A stretch of 61,224 nucleotides of DNA, counting the filler, from Sphacelaria rigidula (taxonomy: Eukaryota): assembly GCA_964200075.2 (NCBI GenBank). It is 6 parts of 6 records of this genome, joined end to end, with 100 filler letters (N's around TTAATTAATTAA, not from the genome) between each part and the next. Parts side by side here need not be neighbours in the genome. Positions count along the whole stretch, not along the records: positions 1 to 10,122 come from CAXNAA020007091.1; positions 10,223 to 20,343 come from CAXNAA020007092.1; 4 more parts are not named here. One strand, 5' to 3'. Shown piece after piece: positions 1 through 11,900 of this stretch. The position numbers were made by a program, and so were the translations under genes. The notes under the pieces were generated by a model. The model ran no database searches. It was not told where the DNA came from and saw nothing but the letters and a program-made list of their open reading frames with translations. Numbering within the stretch: position 1 is the stretch's first letter; every line of letters begins with the position of its first letter.

Positions 1-13
1 GGTCAATTTTTTT

Positions 14-151
14 CTCCCTTTTGGGCAATCAGGCCGAACAAATCGTGGACTTGGTGATTCGTAGTCGTGATGATTCATCCTTGTCTCCCTTTTGGGCAAT
101 CAGGCCGAAGAAATCTTGGATTTGGTGATTCCTAGTCGTGATGATTCGTCC
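14..151. repeat. Tandem duplication, 71-bp unit x2
   Basis: ctcccttttgggcaatcaggccgaa...gtcgtgatgattc starts at 14 and again at 85 with few substitutions. Confidence 0.85.
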
Positions 152-451
152 TAACCGTGAAGTATTTCCGTGATTCTCACCACTTTGATCGCCAGGCGAA
201 ACCAAAGCCCGACGCTCGAGTCCACTGACGCAGGGTTCACTAACGGCGACAGACAAGCATGAAGAAAACGGCGGCGGATACTCAGTGAGATCCAGGGGTT
301 GGTGTCCAGAGAGCACACGGCCTTTGCTCCCCTTAGGCATGACGGGCAGCTAGCTCCTCAAACGCTTTTACAGGAATACGCCGTGGTGTATTTCCGTACT
401 CTTCACAGCACATTGTGAGCAAGTCGGACCAAGATCTCATCTCCAACCAAT

Positions 452-716
452 GTGATTCTACGGTAGGGGTGCCCAAATATTTTCTGAGGTTAGAGTTGAC
501 AGGAGCCCTTCATTTCATCCAAAACGACTCATGAAATATGTGAGAGTACGTCAGGAATACTATTCCAATGTGCTGGGGATATATCCCGAATGAACTTGCA
601 AACGGGAATGCCCTGACCCATTTTCTTGTGTGCATCTGCAATCATTACAATACGTAGGAGCCCCTGAACCAGACAATATTTTTTGTGCAAAAAGTGCACC
701 CCTACCGTAGCATTGC
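452..716. mobile_element. MITE family A (~260 bp)
   Basis: Inverted termini ctacggtaggggtgc (458-472) / gcacccctaccgtag (696-710); homologous copy at 45711-45949. Confidence 0.8.
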
Positions 717-949
717 TCACCATAAACAAGCACGTCATGAAGGGGACTTTGGGAACCGCCAAGAGGGGAGGGCTTGAGGAAGACTAGAAGTGGTGGTGTG
801 TGCCGATTTCCGAGAGTATGACAAGATAACGCTTGTTGATGTCGGACACGAAGTGCCATCACACATAACCGTCACAGCCGCAGAGGTCACTTCCGACGCT
901 ACGGCTTGGTGTGAGTGGCACGCCACGAAGACACTCCCCCCAAGCAAGC

Positions 950-1126
950 CGACATTTCGGTTGTCGAAATCCAAATTTGTACGGCGTGCAGTAGTTGTCA
1001 ATAGCTACCAGCAAGTGAAGAAATGGAAGCATACTTCGAAGATATGGTGTGGATACGAATATTTTAATTCTCCGGGCTTTCATCCCCAATTTCAAGATCC
1101 ATTCCCAATTTGTAAACTCCCGTGTT
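950..1126. mobile_element. Half copy of foldback family B
   Basis: Aligns by eye to the right arm (about 35045-35221) of the palindromic element at 34777-35221. Confidence 0.7.
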
Positions 1127-1477
1127 CCTTGTTCCTCAAAATGTACGTGCTTAAATCAAGGGCAATAACCCTCCACCGACACGCGGAACACGAGCCCGCG
1201 CTCTCGCCGCGGAATTCTCCGTGCGGGGGGGCGTAGACCGCTTCAATGCAGAACTTAGTGCGAGCCATGGTGACCATGCTCGTCTTTCCTGCTGTGGACT
1301 TCGGGGGTGCTTCCTCCGTGAGCCCGAAGGGTCTCCTCCCCTTCCATTGTAGGGCCATCATCACCGGCTGCCGCTGGTAGTGCCGCCTGCGCAACAACCT
1401 CCCTCATTGCTGCCTGCCGAGTCTCGTAAAAAAAGGGCTGATCGCCTAAGGACAGGCCATTGTGTGTGGTACAGATA

Positions 1478-2015
1478 ATCCAAAGTTGTGTTCTGTAGGG
1501 TGCGTTTTCCTGTACACCCGGGGTATTTTCCCGGTTATTTACCGTACCTTACAGTCCTGTGACCTCTGAAAGACTTTCATACCCTTACCCGATCGTTTTG
1601 AGAGTTCTGTAAGCCTCCCGTACCGTTACCGGGGGCGCGCGGGTATGCTCTTGATGACATACCCGGTTGCGGGTCCGGTTTTCTGTGCAACCTCCATACC
1701 TTATCCGACAGTTGTTGTGACTTCTGTAAGCCTCCCATACCCTTTCCCGACAGTTCTGTAAGTTATGTAAAGAATGTTTACCCGTACCCGGAGCGCGGGT
1801 ATGCTCTGGAAGAAATACCCGATTGCCGGTACGGTTTTTCTGTAAGCCTCCCATACCGTACACAAAGTTCTGTAACCTCTGCAAGACTTTCAAACCGGTA
1901 CCCGACAGTTCTGCGAGCTCTGTAAGCCTCCCATACCCCTACCCGGGGTTAGGACATACCGTTGTAGATATACCCGATTACAGGTATGAGCACAGGTATA
2001 TACCTTGAGGAGGTA
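1478..2015. mobile_element. Non-autonomous element family C with internal tacccgacagttctgt-type repeats
   Basis: Shares its left end (gtgttctgtagggtgcg...ggggtattttcccgg) with 2646-3225; its right end matches 35378-35590 in reverse complement. Confidence 0.7.
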
Positions 2016-2645
2016 TGGATTTAGGTTCAATCCAAGCACAATCTCATGACCTGCGGATGTACTTCCGGCCGATCAACCCACCCAACTCCATTATTCAAGA
2101 CTGCACACCAACAAAACTTCAAAACTTCAATGTTGGGGAAGTTCTTGAGCTTGGAATTGGACGGGATACGAGGTACTGCTGACTGGGAACACGAAACATG
2201 AGCAGCACTGCAGACCGTCAGGTTGAATCACCCCCAGAAGGGAGTGGTGGCTCGAGCGGGGCAGTTCATCTGCGCCACCCGGGGATCAAGTAGCAAGGCG
2301 CACGTCATCGACGTTGATGGTGGTTGTGTCGTGGTCATCAAACCCCAGGCCATAATCGACACACACAGCGAAGAGTTTGAGCTGCCACCAGAAGTCGCCA
2401 AGGCCGTCGACGATTCTGTCGTGCTGAATAGCTCCCAGAGAGCAGGCAGCCGCGAATGCTCCTTAACGTACTCCCTGGGAGTGAACGTGAAGCCGATAGA
2501 TGTTGACGATCCCCTGCACATGTACTACTGAGAGTGTTCGTGCAGTCGTTCAACCCCGTGAAGCCGTTCAGAGCTTTCGTAAACTGTAACCTGCACTTCT
2601 TCATGGTGATGACGTAGGTCCCACCACAGGGGTGATATCAATGCC

Positions 2646-3225
2646 AAGATCGTGTTCTGTAGGGTGCGATTTTCTGTATACTCGGGGTATTTTCCCGGGT
2701 ATTTACCGTACCTTACAGTTCAATAACTTCTGTAGGACTTTCATACTGATACCCGATAGTTCTGTGACTTCTGTGAGACTTTCATACCGGTACCCGACAG
2801 TTCTGTGATCTCGGTGCAACTTTCATACCCTCACCCTATAGTTCCGTGAGTTCTGTAAGCCTCCCGTACCATTACCACGGGGCACGGATACACTCTTGAC
2901 CAGATGCCCGGTTGCGGGTACGGTTTTCTGTGCAACCTTCATACCCTACCCGACAGTCTGTGAGTTCCGAAAGTCTCCCATAACCTCACCCGATAGTTCT
3001 GTGAGCTCTGTACAGAATGTTTACCCGTACCCAGAGCGCAGGTACGCTCTTGAAGAAACACCCGATTGCCGGTATGGTTTTTCTGTGAGCCTCCCATACC
3101 GTGCACGACAAGTTCTGTAGCTTCTGTAAGACTTTCAAACCGGTACCCGATATTTCTGTAAATTCTGTAAGGAATATCATTCCCTACAGAACATACCCGT
3201 ACCCTACAAAGCACAACATTTTAAA
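2646..3225. mobile_element. Family C copy with imperfect terminal inverted repeats
   Basis: Left aagatcgtgttctgtagggtgcg versus right cgtaccctacaaagcacaacattt; internal degenerate tandem repeats. Confidence 0.7.
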
Positions 3226-3647
3226 ATAATCGGTGAGCAGTGTTAGGTGCAAGCAGTAATCGGTGAGCAGTTTCGTACTGGATTGACGGCCTGTCTAGTC
3301 TGTCTAGTCAGTGTACGTCATTAACCGTTTTTACCGTCAGAATTAACCGTTTTTCTGAACGGCAGAGGTTGCGCTGGAACCTGGAAACAAGATTATGTAT
3401 TGTACATAACGAACGAGTTTTTCCGATCCAGTCACGGCTCACGAAGACCTCGACCGCTAGGCAATGGAAATATTTCGGCCGGCATGTGCGGGGTGATGGA
3501 GGGGAGTTCCTGCATAGTCAAAGTGAGTGTAAAATAATGTTCCGAAAATGAACACATTTGATTTGGATCAAGTATGGGAAATCCGGACGCACATGTACGG
3601 ATTTGGATATCGAGCGGAGAGACTTTTACGCTAATGACGTATTTGAT

Positions 3648-4393
3648 AACGGTGGTGTACCCGCGCGAGCTAACGCAAGCTTGACGTGAGGTATCCATTC
3701 GGTAGATATCCTTTTAGCTGCTGCCTGAGTGCCCGACTTCCGCCCTTCCGCCTCATCTTCAGCCAGGTCGACTGGTGTCTTGGCTCCCCTCCAAGGCTTC
3801 CTCGTAGCCTTGGGTGACCCTCGTGAACGAGCTGCCATCACCAGCGCTATCGCGTGACGTCCACGGCATCTGCTATCGCTTCACGTACGATGTTTGCCCA
3901 ATAATCTCGTGAACGAGCTGCCATCACCAGCGCTGTCACGGGACGTCCACGGCATCTGCTATCGCTCTACGTGCGATGTTTGCCCAATAATCTCGTGAAC
4001 GAGTTGCCATCACCAGCGCTGTCGCGGGACGTCCACGGCATCCGCTATCGCTCCACATACAATGTTTCCACGCCCACCTCTTCCTCTAACCTTGGTCGTT
4101 GTGGGCCCCCACAACGACCAAGGTTAGAGGAAGAGGTGGGTGTGGAAACATTGTATGTGGAGCGATAGCGGATGCCGTGGACGTCCCGCGACAGCGCTGG
4201 TGATGGCAGCTCGTTCACGAGGGTCACCAAAGGCTACGAGGAAGTCTTGGAAGGGAGACGAGACAACAGTCGACCTGGCTGAAGATGAGGCGGAACGGCA
4301 GAAGCCGGGCACTTAGGCAGCGGCTAAGAGGATATCTACCAAATGGCCACCTCACCTCAAGCTTGTGTTAGCTCGCGTGGGAACACCACCGTT
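3648..4393. repeat. Long inverted repeat/hairpin with an 86-bp tandem triplication in the left arm
   Basis: Arms 3992-4105 and 4108-4221 are reverse complements with 2 differences and a 2-nt centre; outer arms 3648-3819 / 4222-4393 are more diverged; 86-bp units start at 3820, 3906 and 3992. Confidence 0.95.
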
Positions 4394-5004
4394 GGGTGGA
4401 CATTTTGTCGACATTATCGTAGCGGCTGCATGAGTGGCCGACTTCCGCCCTTCCGCCTCATCTTAAGCCTGGTCGACAGGTGTCTCGGTTCCTCCGCACG
4501 CCTCCGCGCAGCTAGGATTACTGCGTAGCGTGTGCTGCTCAGGATGACCGTACTTGCTCAACCTATGCACATGCACACACACAGGCATGTGTACACTTGT
4601 ACTATAATACAGGCTGTGCAGAACTGTCTACAGAGAGTGCAACAGTACAGTTCTCACAAGTTGTACTAGTGCTGTATCTCACGCCGACAAGCACAGGACT
4701 TGTGAACGACTAGCGGGCGTCGAGATGCACTGCCTGTGTGCCCAAAGCTGTGTACTGCACCGAGTTCGCACCCGGGGGCTGTGTTGACGATAGTGCTGTC
4801 GCGTATTCAACGGTACGGGGACAACACAGACAACTGTATACATGCTCTTTCGGGCTGTACAGGTAGCACCGCATGGGTAGGCGCAGTGTATGTGTGTGTG
4901 TTGCCATCCCATCTATTCTGGACGCTAGTCTTCACCTTTCGGTACATGTAGGCGCATCAGCCAGGGTCACACAGGAGGAACCGACACAGGAGCTGTGTCT
5001 TTCA

Positions 5005-5253
5005 CATACTTTATAGACACTCCACGTTCCTTCTGCGGCGCTTGCCTTTCTTTTTCATCGCGAGGGGTTCAGCGCTCCCTTTCCCTCGTCCACAGTTACG
5101 TCGAATTTTGTGCACCCACGATATAGTCGCTTTCCACTGTTGGGCATGGTGTGAGAGAAAATCCCAAATCGTGTGACTGCACCGAGATTCGAACCCACGA
5201 CCCAACCGTCAGAAGGCTTTGAGGTTACCAACTGAGCCACCGGGGCGACCGGC
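5005..5253 (-). mobile_element. tRNA-derived SINE
   Basis: Minus strand has A box TGGCTCAGTTGG and B box GGTTCGAATCT in a broken cloverleaf followed by a ~170-bp body; body motif gggattt..cacaccatgcccaacag recurs near 35640-35669. Confidence 0.75.
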
Positions 5254-5490
5254 TTAGAGTACAAACGCAGAACAGCACGGCGCGACTTGTACCTCTTCAA
5301 CTCATGACACCAACCACGTGGCGTTCGGACCAAAAAATACTAAACCCTGAAAACTTGGCCACGGTCCACACCTACGTGGTAAAAATAAAAAATAAACGGC
5401 GGTTCAAGCTCAAACAATCCATCCGTTTTTCGCTGATCCCTGAGTTCAGATTTCCGCCCTGAAACTCTCCAAAATATGCCAGAACAGTTG

Positions 5491-7950
5491 TAGGTTTCTA
5501 CTTATTATGCTAGCATAATTTCTGGCATAATTCCACCTTGGTAGCATGAGTAGCACAGCGTTTAAGGCCGCTTCTTCTAGACTGAAAAAAGTCTCTGGGA
5601 AAAGTCGCCCAAAATGACTTTTCCCAGAGATTTTTTCCAGAGAAATCAGTTTTCGAAACCCCACTTCATAGCCTATGAAAAAATCCTGGGGATTTGTACA
5701 CCCAAGGCCATCATCTAGCCTGTGGGCAGACGGTGGTAGTGGTTATCATTTGCATTTTTTGCTTGTACCCCCTGCGGTATTCTCTATTAGGAGTAGGAAC
5801 GGTGCTCCGTCTCGAAAGGGATGCGTGGTCAATGCTCACACGACTAAGGCAAGCAATAAATGAGTACGCCCCCCTGCGGTAAACTTAACACGTGAATAAT
5901 CCCGTCGAGGTACAGGATAGATGGGATGGCGACACAAACATACACATACACACACGCACGCACACGCACACACAGTAGCTACTGGTATAATAAGGATCGA
6001 AATGAGAGGCCTATCAACCCTTACTCCAGCCGACCGCCGCTTGGTACAGTATTAGTCGTGCCGCAAGCGGTGCAGTGTGTGCAGCAGACGGTTTGTGCCA
6101 TACCGCATACAACAAACTCACGTGACAGTTAGTAGTGCGGTAGCAACCATCTCCGTACACAGAATACTACAGAGTTCGTACTCGGTGGCGGGCACGACGA
6201 GCATGAAACGATACGAGCAGTCAACGCTGCCAGCGGGGGCGACATCGTGCTATTTGACTGTAGTAACGCTGCCGGCAAAAAAGCACTGTACTGTCTGTCC
6301 CTGGCCCTACGGTCATGAAGAGGATGCACGGAGTGCTGCAGCAGCTATGTTGTTGCCACGGTACTGTACATACAACATGTACGGCTACTTTTGCACTGAC
6401 TGTACTACACTTGTATGCGAGGAGTGGGTAATGGAGCACTGACTGTACCATTGCGGGTGCGGTGTGCGAGGAATGTGTGATGTAACGTCAATTCCCGGGG
6501 AGAGAAAAGTCTCTGGGAATCGATGGCTTTTCCGATGGCTTTTCCCAGAGAGATTTAGGAAAATCCCGCTGTCTGGGAATTTTCGTCAGTTCCACAGACT
6601 TCATTTCATGAAAAATAGCCCTATGAGGTCGCGTTCTGAAAAAGTCTCTGGAAACTGACCAAAACGACTTTTCTCAGAGACTTTCTTCAGTCTACAAGGC
6701 AGCTTCTTGTAGTTTTTCACGAGGATTTCAGAGCACTTTTCCGATTGTACGCCCATTTTTACTCTTGATCGTATTCTGATTTTTTTCAGTCACCCCCCAA
6801 ATCGTCCAGTTGTCGGGAAAAAGACGTACTCCCGACAACTCGAAGTTTTTCGGGGCAACTGAGAAAATCTAGAATCCGGCGCAAAGTAAAGCTGTGCGTA
6901 CGAAAGATCGGACAAGCGCGATGGAATCCTCGTGAAAAATATAGCAAATCCTTCCGAGGAGGTCCAATCCGCCAAAGCCCGTATTTCGTCAATAACCCGT
7001 GATGAAAGGTTCAAAAGGGCAGTTCTCAGACAGACTTTTTTTCAGTCTATAAGAAGCGGCCTAAGAAGCGGCCTCAGCAAGTAGAATACCGAGCATAATT
7101 TCCACACATTAGAAGCATAATCGAGCATAATATCTTACCTTCGCGGTAGGCACATGAACCTATAAATGCCGTCCTGCTGCAATATTTTGGGCAAAAACTC
7201 TGCTATCATCGACCACGGGTCTGAAATACGTGTATGCTCTGGAACTATAATAGTCATTCACTGATACTGATGCCAGTGTAAAACTGCCAGTCTGATCGAT
7301 CGCGGGTCTGAAGTTCGTCTTCATGAAAGCACACGGTACAAAACACAAACACGTACAATGTATAGTTTGTAGTGAAGTAACACAGCGCACAGCGCACAGC
7401 ACTCAGCACGCAGCACAGCAGCACAGACAGTATAAGATGACGAACAACGCCAGTGGTGACCACACCGAGAATTTAACCACTGTCGATACGTCAATATCCT
7501 TGGACAATGAGAATGGGGACGACGAAGACTGTGCGATGATAACGGGGACCAAACGCGTCACGACCACTACAACCGAGACTTGACCGTGATCAATCTAACG
7601 ACCATTCATCAGCGGAATGTTAGTTCCTCGTTTTTCGTCGGCATTGGACACAACGGCGTCGACATGGGACATGCGACGAGTGAACACATCAGATGATTTC
7701 GTGACTTGTCATTTTCAGTGTGGTGACGAGATGCGAGATCTGCATCAGCCTCTTCATGATGCGTACAACGTTCATTCGTTGTGCCAGATTTTGATGGATA
7801 CTGCAATCAACAATAATTTGCCTGCCATGTATCTAGTCTGTACGGCAGTGGGTGGCCGGCATGTAGCACAAGATCCAGTACATATAGTACGCGATGATAT
7901 ACAACGATGCACCGTGTATGACAACAGGAAGATACGACTGTACGAGCATA
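5491..7950. mobile_element. Non-autonomous DNA element family D (TAGG terminus, tatgct subterminal repeats), split by a nested insertion
   Basis: 5491-5563 plus 7075-7940 align in reverse complement to about 25915-26806. Confidence 0.7.
5566..7061. mobile_element. PIF/Harbinger-like non-autonomous TIR element (~1.5 kb) nested in family D
   Basis: TIR ggccgcttcttctagactgaaaaaagtct versus agactttttttcagtctataagaagcggcc; TAA on both flanks; no transposase ORF. Confidence 0.8.
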
Positions 7951-9024
7951 ATCGGGCATACAATCCACGTTGCGGGTATTAGTCGGGCATGAATCAGGCA
8001 CAGGGCCCGTACATGGGGATGATTTTGTAGTGAAATATTTTTTTTGCACGAAGCGCGATTATGGCCGAGCGTTTGAGATCGGCACCCGGCAAACACTGAG
8101 GACCCGTTTAAAATCAGCCGAAGGACTGAAACACGGGACATGTCCTGTTTCACTGTTGTATGCATCACAAACACGCACGTCCAATCTCATATGTGCTGTA
8201 GCTATCACTGTTCGGTGGCGTGTTTGGACCTTGCGAAGACGGCTCGGTCTCCGCTGAGATTCCCTGAGCTGCTGTACTGTCGTGCCCGTCTCTCTGTAGA
8301 ACATAGTATCAGTCGTGACGCAGTGCGGTCTACACACTTGGCTGTCTGTTGAACACTCCATGTTACCCGGACCCCTCACTTGCGCGATACCGAACATAGC
8401 TAGGTAAAGACACACAACCAACGCCGGTATTCACCGCTCGACTGGCTCGGCCAGACCCCGCGCTCCGATGAAAGGAGCAACCCACAGCACAGTGGGGATA
8501 TACTGCACCGCCAAGGTACTGCTTCTTCCCGTCAGCATGGCGGCTGCTGCCGCTGACATCGGCACCAGTGCTCGCGGCCACGGAGAGACACAACCAGCCG
8601 TACTCGTACTAAGATGGATGGGATATGCCGATACACGAGCATCGCAATGACCCACTGCGGCGGCAAAGTGCTACTCGCTGTCTGCGTGTCTCTGGTAGTA
8701 CGTACAATACAGGTTCGTAGCATCTTTCAGTACATTATTCACTACGAAGATCGCATTTCATTGCCGCTAGATTCCGCCGATTCCTCACTGAAGGGCCTCT
8801 GATTCAGTAGTGTTCACCACTTGGTCGATTTAAAACCTTCCCGGAACTTTTATCACTTGATTTGGGTATGGACACCGATATTCGAATCTTTAGCGGGGCT
8901 GACAGCCCCAACTGTCCCTCGCGTGCGCAGAACGCGTTTTCGTCAAAATCGGCGCCACTGTCAACGTCACACACCCCTCGCCCGAGGGTTCTCGGTATGC
9001 ATGGGGTTGGGATTAGGCGGGGTC

Positions 9025-9776
9025 TTATCGGAAGTGATCATCACTTAAAAAAAAATCACTGTCGGAGAACTGATTGCCCCCACAACGACCAGCGCTGAGT
9101 CTCATCGACAAGCAGTTTTGTCCAGATCGAAGCCCAGGTACAAAAATGCAGCGCTTCTGGAAGTGTGGCCGTTAGTCCAATATCTCTGTACTGCTGCGGA
9201 CAAGACGCAAAGAGGTAGCACAGCGCCAACACACCGTGCCACGAAAACCAACGCATAGACACCCCCCACTCACGCGTATCAGCTCAACCGCTAGCTCTTC
9301 ATCATCTACACACGACAGTCTTTAGTTCGACGGAAATCCGTCCAGTATGGGATGGAAGGCGGCCGCGTGCGTGTCAAATAGCAACCGAAAACATGATGTT
9401 GCTGACTGTTTTTGAGTGTGTGCTGTGCGCGCGTCTCACGCAAATCATCATTTCTCGCTGAATTCTGAACCGATTTGAGCAGGGTCACGCACAGCATGCT
9501 CAGCTGATGAACAGCGATGAAAAGAGCGGTGTGTTTTGGTTTGGGAGGGCAATGCGATCGTCAGGCTCGCGTTTGGTTGTGTTGACTTGTCTGTCAAGCC
9601 TTCAGTTATGCCCCTTTGATCGGGACGTTTATGTTCCCGTTCGAGGTGTCACAAAATCACTGTTGCAAAAGTGATTATTTGTCACTTCTTTTTTGGGGGG
9701 GTGGTATCGCAGCAACCAATTATCGGTCGTTTTTCACAAAAGTGATTCATTGAAAAGTGATGATCACTTCCGATAA
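9025..9776. mobile_element. MITE-like element bounded by a 22-bp perfect inverted repeat
   Basis: ttatcggaagtgatcatcactt (9025-9046) / aagtgatgatcacttccgataa (9755-9776); an overlapping second inverted pair at about 9689-9742 / 9826-9883. Confidence 0.65.
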
Positions 9777-10122
9777 TTGGGACTCTTCTTCACGAAGGGG
9801 ATCACCCCCTTTTGCAAAAGGCCCTTTTCGAAATACGACCGCTGATTGGTCTCTGCGATACCACCCCCCCCCCCAAAAAAAAAATCCCCTCAACGTGCAC
9901 AGAAATCCCCTTTTCAAAAAGGGGCTTTATGTGCACCTCGAAGGGGAACATACATGTCCCGTTGACAGGGGCACATGCGAAGGCTTACCACAGAACCCAA
10001 TACAATAAGAGCTGAACCTGAGGAGCTTGGTGGCCCCGCAAACCAAAATTACACTACTCGAGCCCTAGCTGCTCATCAGCTGTGCACGTTGGGCGTGACT
10101 TTGCTCAAACATGTTTAAAATC

Positions 10123-10222
10123 NNNNNNNNNNNNNNNNNNNNNNNNNNNNNNNNNNNNNNNNNNNNTTAATTAATTAANNNNNNNNNNNNNNNNNNNNNN
10201 NNNNNNNNNNNNNNNNNNNNNN
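10123..10222. other. Artificial contig linker N44-TTAATTAATTAA-N44
   Basis: Exactly 100 bp with a stop in all six frames; identical linker occurs five times. Confidence 0.97.
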
Positions 10223-10310
10223 GCACGCCATAGCCCTCACAGCATGGCCCTCGCATCCCTATAAAGCCGGGACGGAGCACGCCGGGTTCTCGCCGGACCA
10301 GGCTAATTAT
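10223..10310 (+). repeat. Short copy of dispersed family E at contig start
   Basis: cctcgcatccctataaagccgggacggagcacgccgggttctcgccggaccaggct core. Confidence 0.75.
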
Positions 10311-10940
10311 GAACGGGGAGGGGGGAGTATTGAAAAAATGTGAGGTCAGATTTCTGAACCAGGTCAGGCAATACATCTATTTGAGACCGGCCACAGATTT
10401 CTCAGAAGATGTACGACGAGAGTTTTCCGTCAGCAATTTCCTTCGAGGCAAAGTCGGAAGAAATTAAACTTTTAGGGCGGAGAAAAAATCGGAAAAGATT
10501 CCTCGCTAGCAAGACCCCTAATTTGCGCAACCTACGGATAAATACCCCAAGGAAGAATATCTCTGCACATGGGGTACCGCAAGATGTACGACAGTTGTAT
10601 AGGATTTAGACGGTGAGTTTTTCCTATCTTTGAAACTAATACAAATGAGACAAGAAGAGAGACGAAATAATTCGAAGGGTTCATGTTCAGATGCCTCACT
10701 TTCAGTGTTAATGGGTACACACACCTGGCAAATCAAAGGGGCGTGTCTTCATGGTCACAGGTTTTCCCAGAAATGACCAGTGGTGAAAGGTAATCTCAGA
10801 CAGTTACATTCGGAACCATGTTTTCTTTTGAGTGTATGATCCTCCCTCTATTGTTTTTCTTTTCTCTTCTTTCCTGTTTTTCGTGTTCCTTCAATGGTGG
10901 GTTGCACACGCATACTTCATCTTGCGCGTGTCATTTTTTG

Positions 10941-11452
10941 CTGAGGCCACGATTTCTGGCAACAAAAAATAAAAATGTGGAAAAGTGCCTTTTTGGAGCT
11001 CTCACGTCGCTTCACGCCCTAGAAAGAGGGCCGGGCGGATTTCGACACCTTAGAATGCCTTGCTGTAGTCGTTGAGACGGTTCCAGCACACTTCTGCTTT
11101 TTCCCGCTGGCGGCAGTTTTTTTCTTGCCCAACCTTGCATTTTTCTCGGAGATCGCTATTTTTTCTCGGAGATGGTCAAGTTCAGACAAATTTCCGAAAT
11201 TTGTGTGGACTTGACTGGTCTCCGAGAAGAATGAGCGATACCGGAGAATAATGTAAGGTTTGCCAAAAAAAAACTGGGGCCACCGGAGAAACGCAGAGGT
11301 GTGCTGAAACCGTCTTAGCGAGTACAGCAAGGGGTTCCAAGGTGTCGAAATCCGCCTAGCTATCTTTTGGGGGGCATAAAACGACGTGAAAGCCCCAAAA
11401 AAACACTTACTGCCGATTTTTATTTTTGGTTGCCGTAAGAGGTGGACTGAGG
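10941..11452. mobile_element. Foldback MITE family F
   Basis: About 160-bp diverged inverted arms (10941-11098 versus 11293-11452); homologous foldback at 59816-60212. Confidence 0.75.
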
Positions 11453-11900
11453 ATACAAGCCTAGCATGTCGACGAAAACAGCCCCCACAAGGTCTATCCA
11501 TGTAGCAAGGTGGCAACATTGGGTTGACGAAGTCCATAGGTTCAGCGTCATCCGTTGATCATATTGTGACAGGGTTTCGTATAGACATTGATGTGGAGAC
11601 ATCTCCGTACGTCACGGCGTTTAGTCGACATGGCGTTTGATCAAGGAGGAAGCATCTGACCGGGCTTTTGAGTAGATGAGCGTCTGCCGGTTGGTTACGC
11701 GATCAACACTATGTACAAACTACGGCCCGATTCGATGCGTCGATGAGATGTATGGGTGTTACAGCTTTAGTCCGCTTTTACTTTGGCCCAGCTCGTCCAA
11801 CATCCGATACTTCCGCTGCAATGCTTGCGTATCTCTGTTTTCGTGTGTGCGTGCGATGTGTATGATATGTATGTCACTACATGGATCGACACTGAGGCAG

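Noticed and set aside
5175..5250. Functional tRNA gene
   Set aside because: D and T stems do not pair properly, the anticodon is ambiguous, and it runs into a SINE-like body
9500..9535. Hammerhead ribozyme at ctgatga...gaaa (also checked by eye near 11447, 11986, 44785 and 55398)
   Set aside because: No convincing stem II or stem III pairing around the core motifs
10167..10178. TTAATTAATTAA as a biological site
   Set aside because: Centre of an artificial 100-bp linker, repeated identically five times
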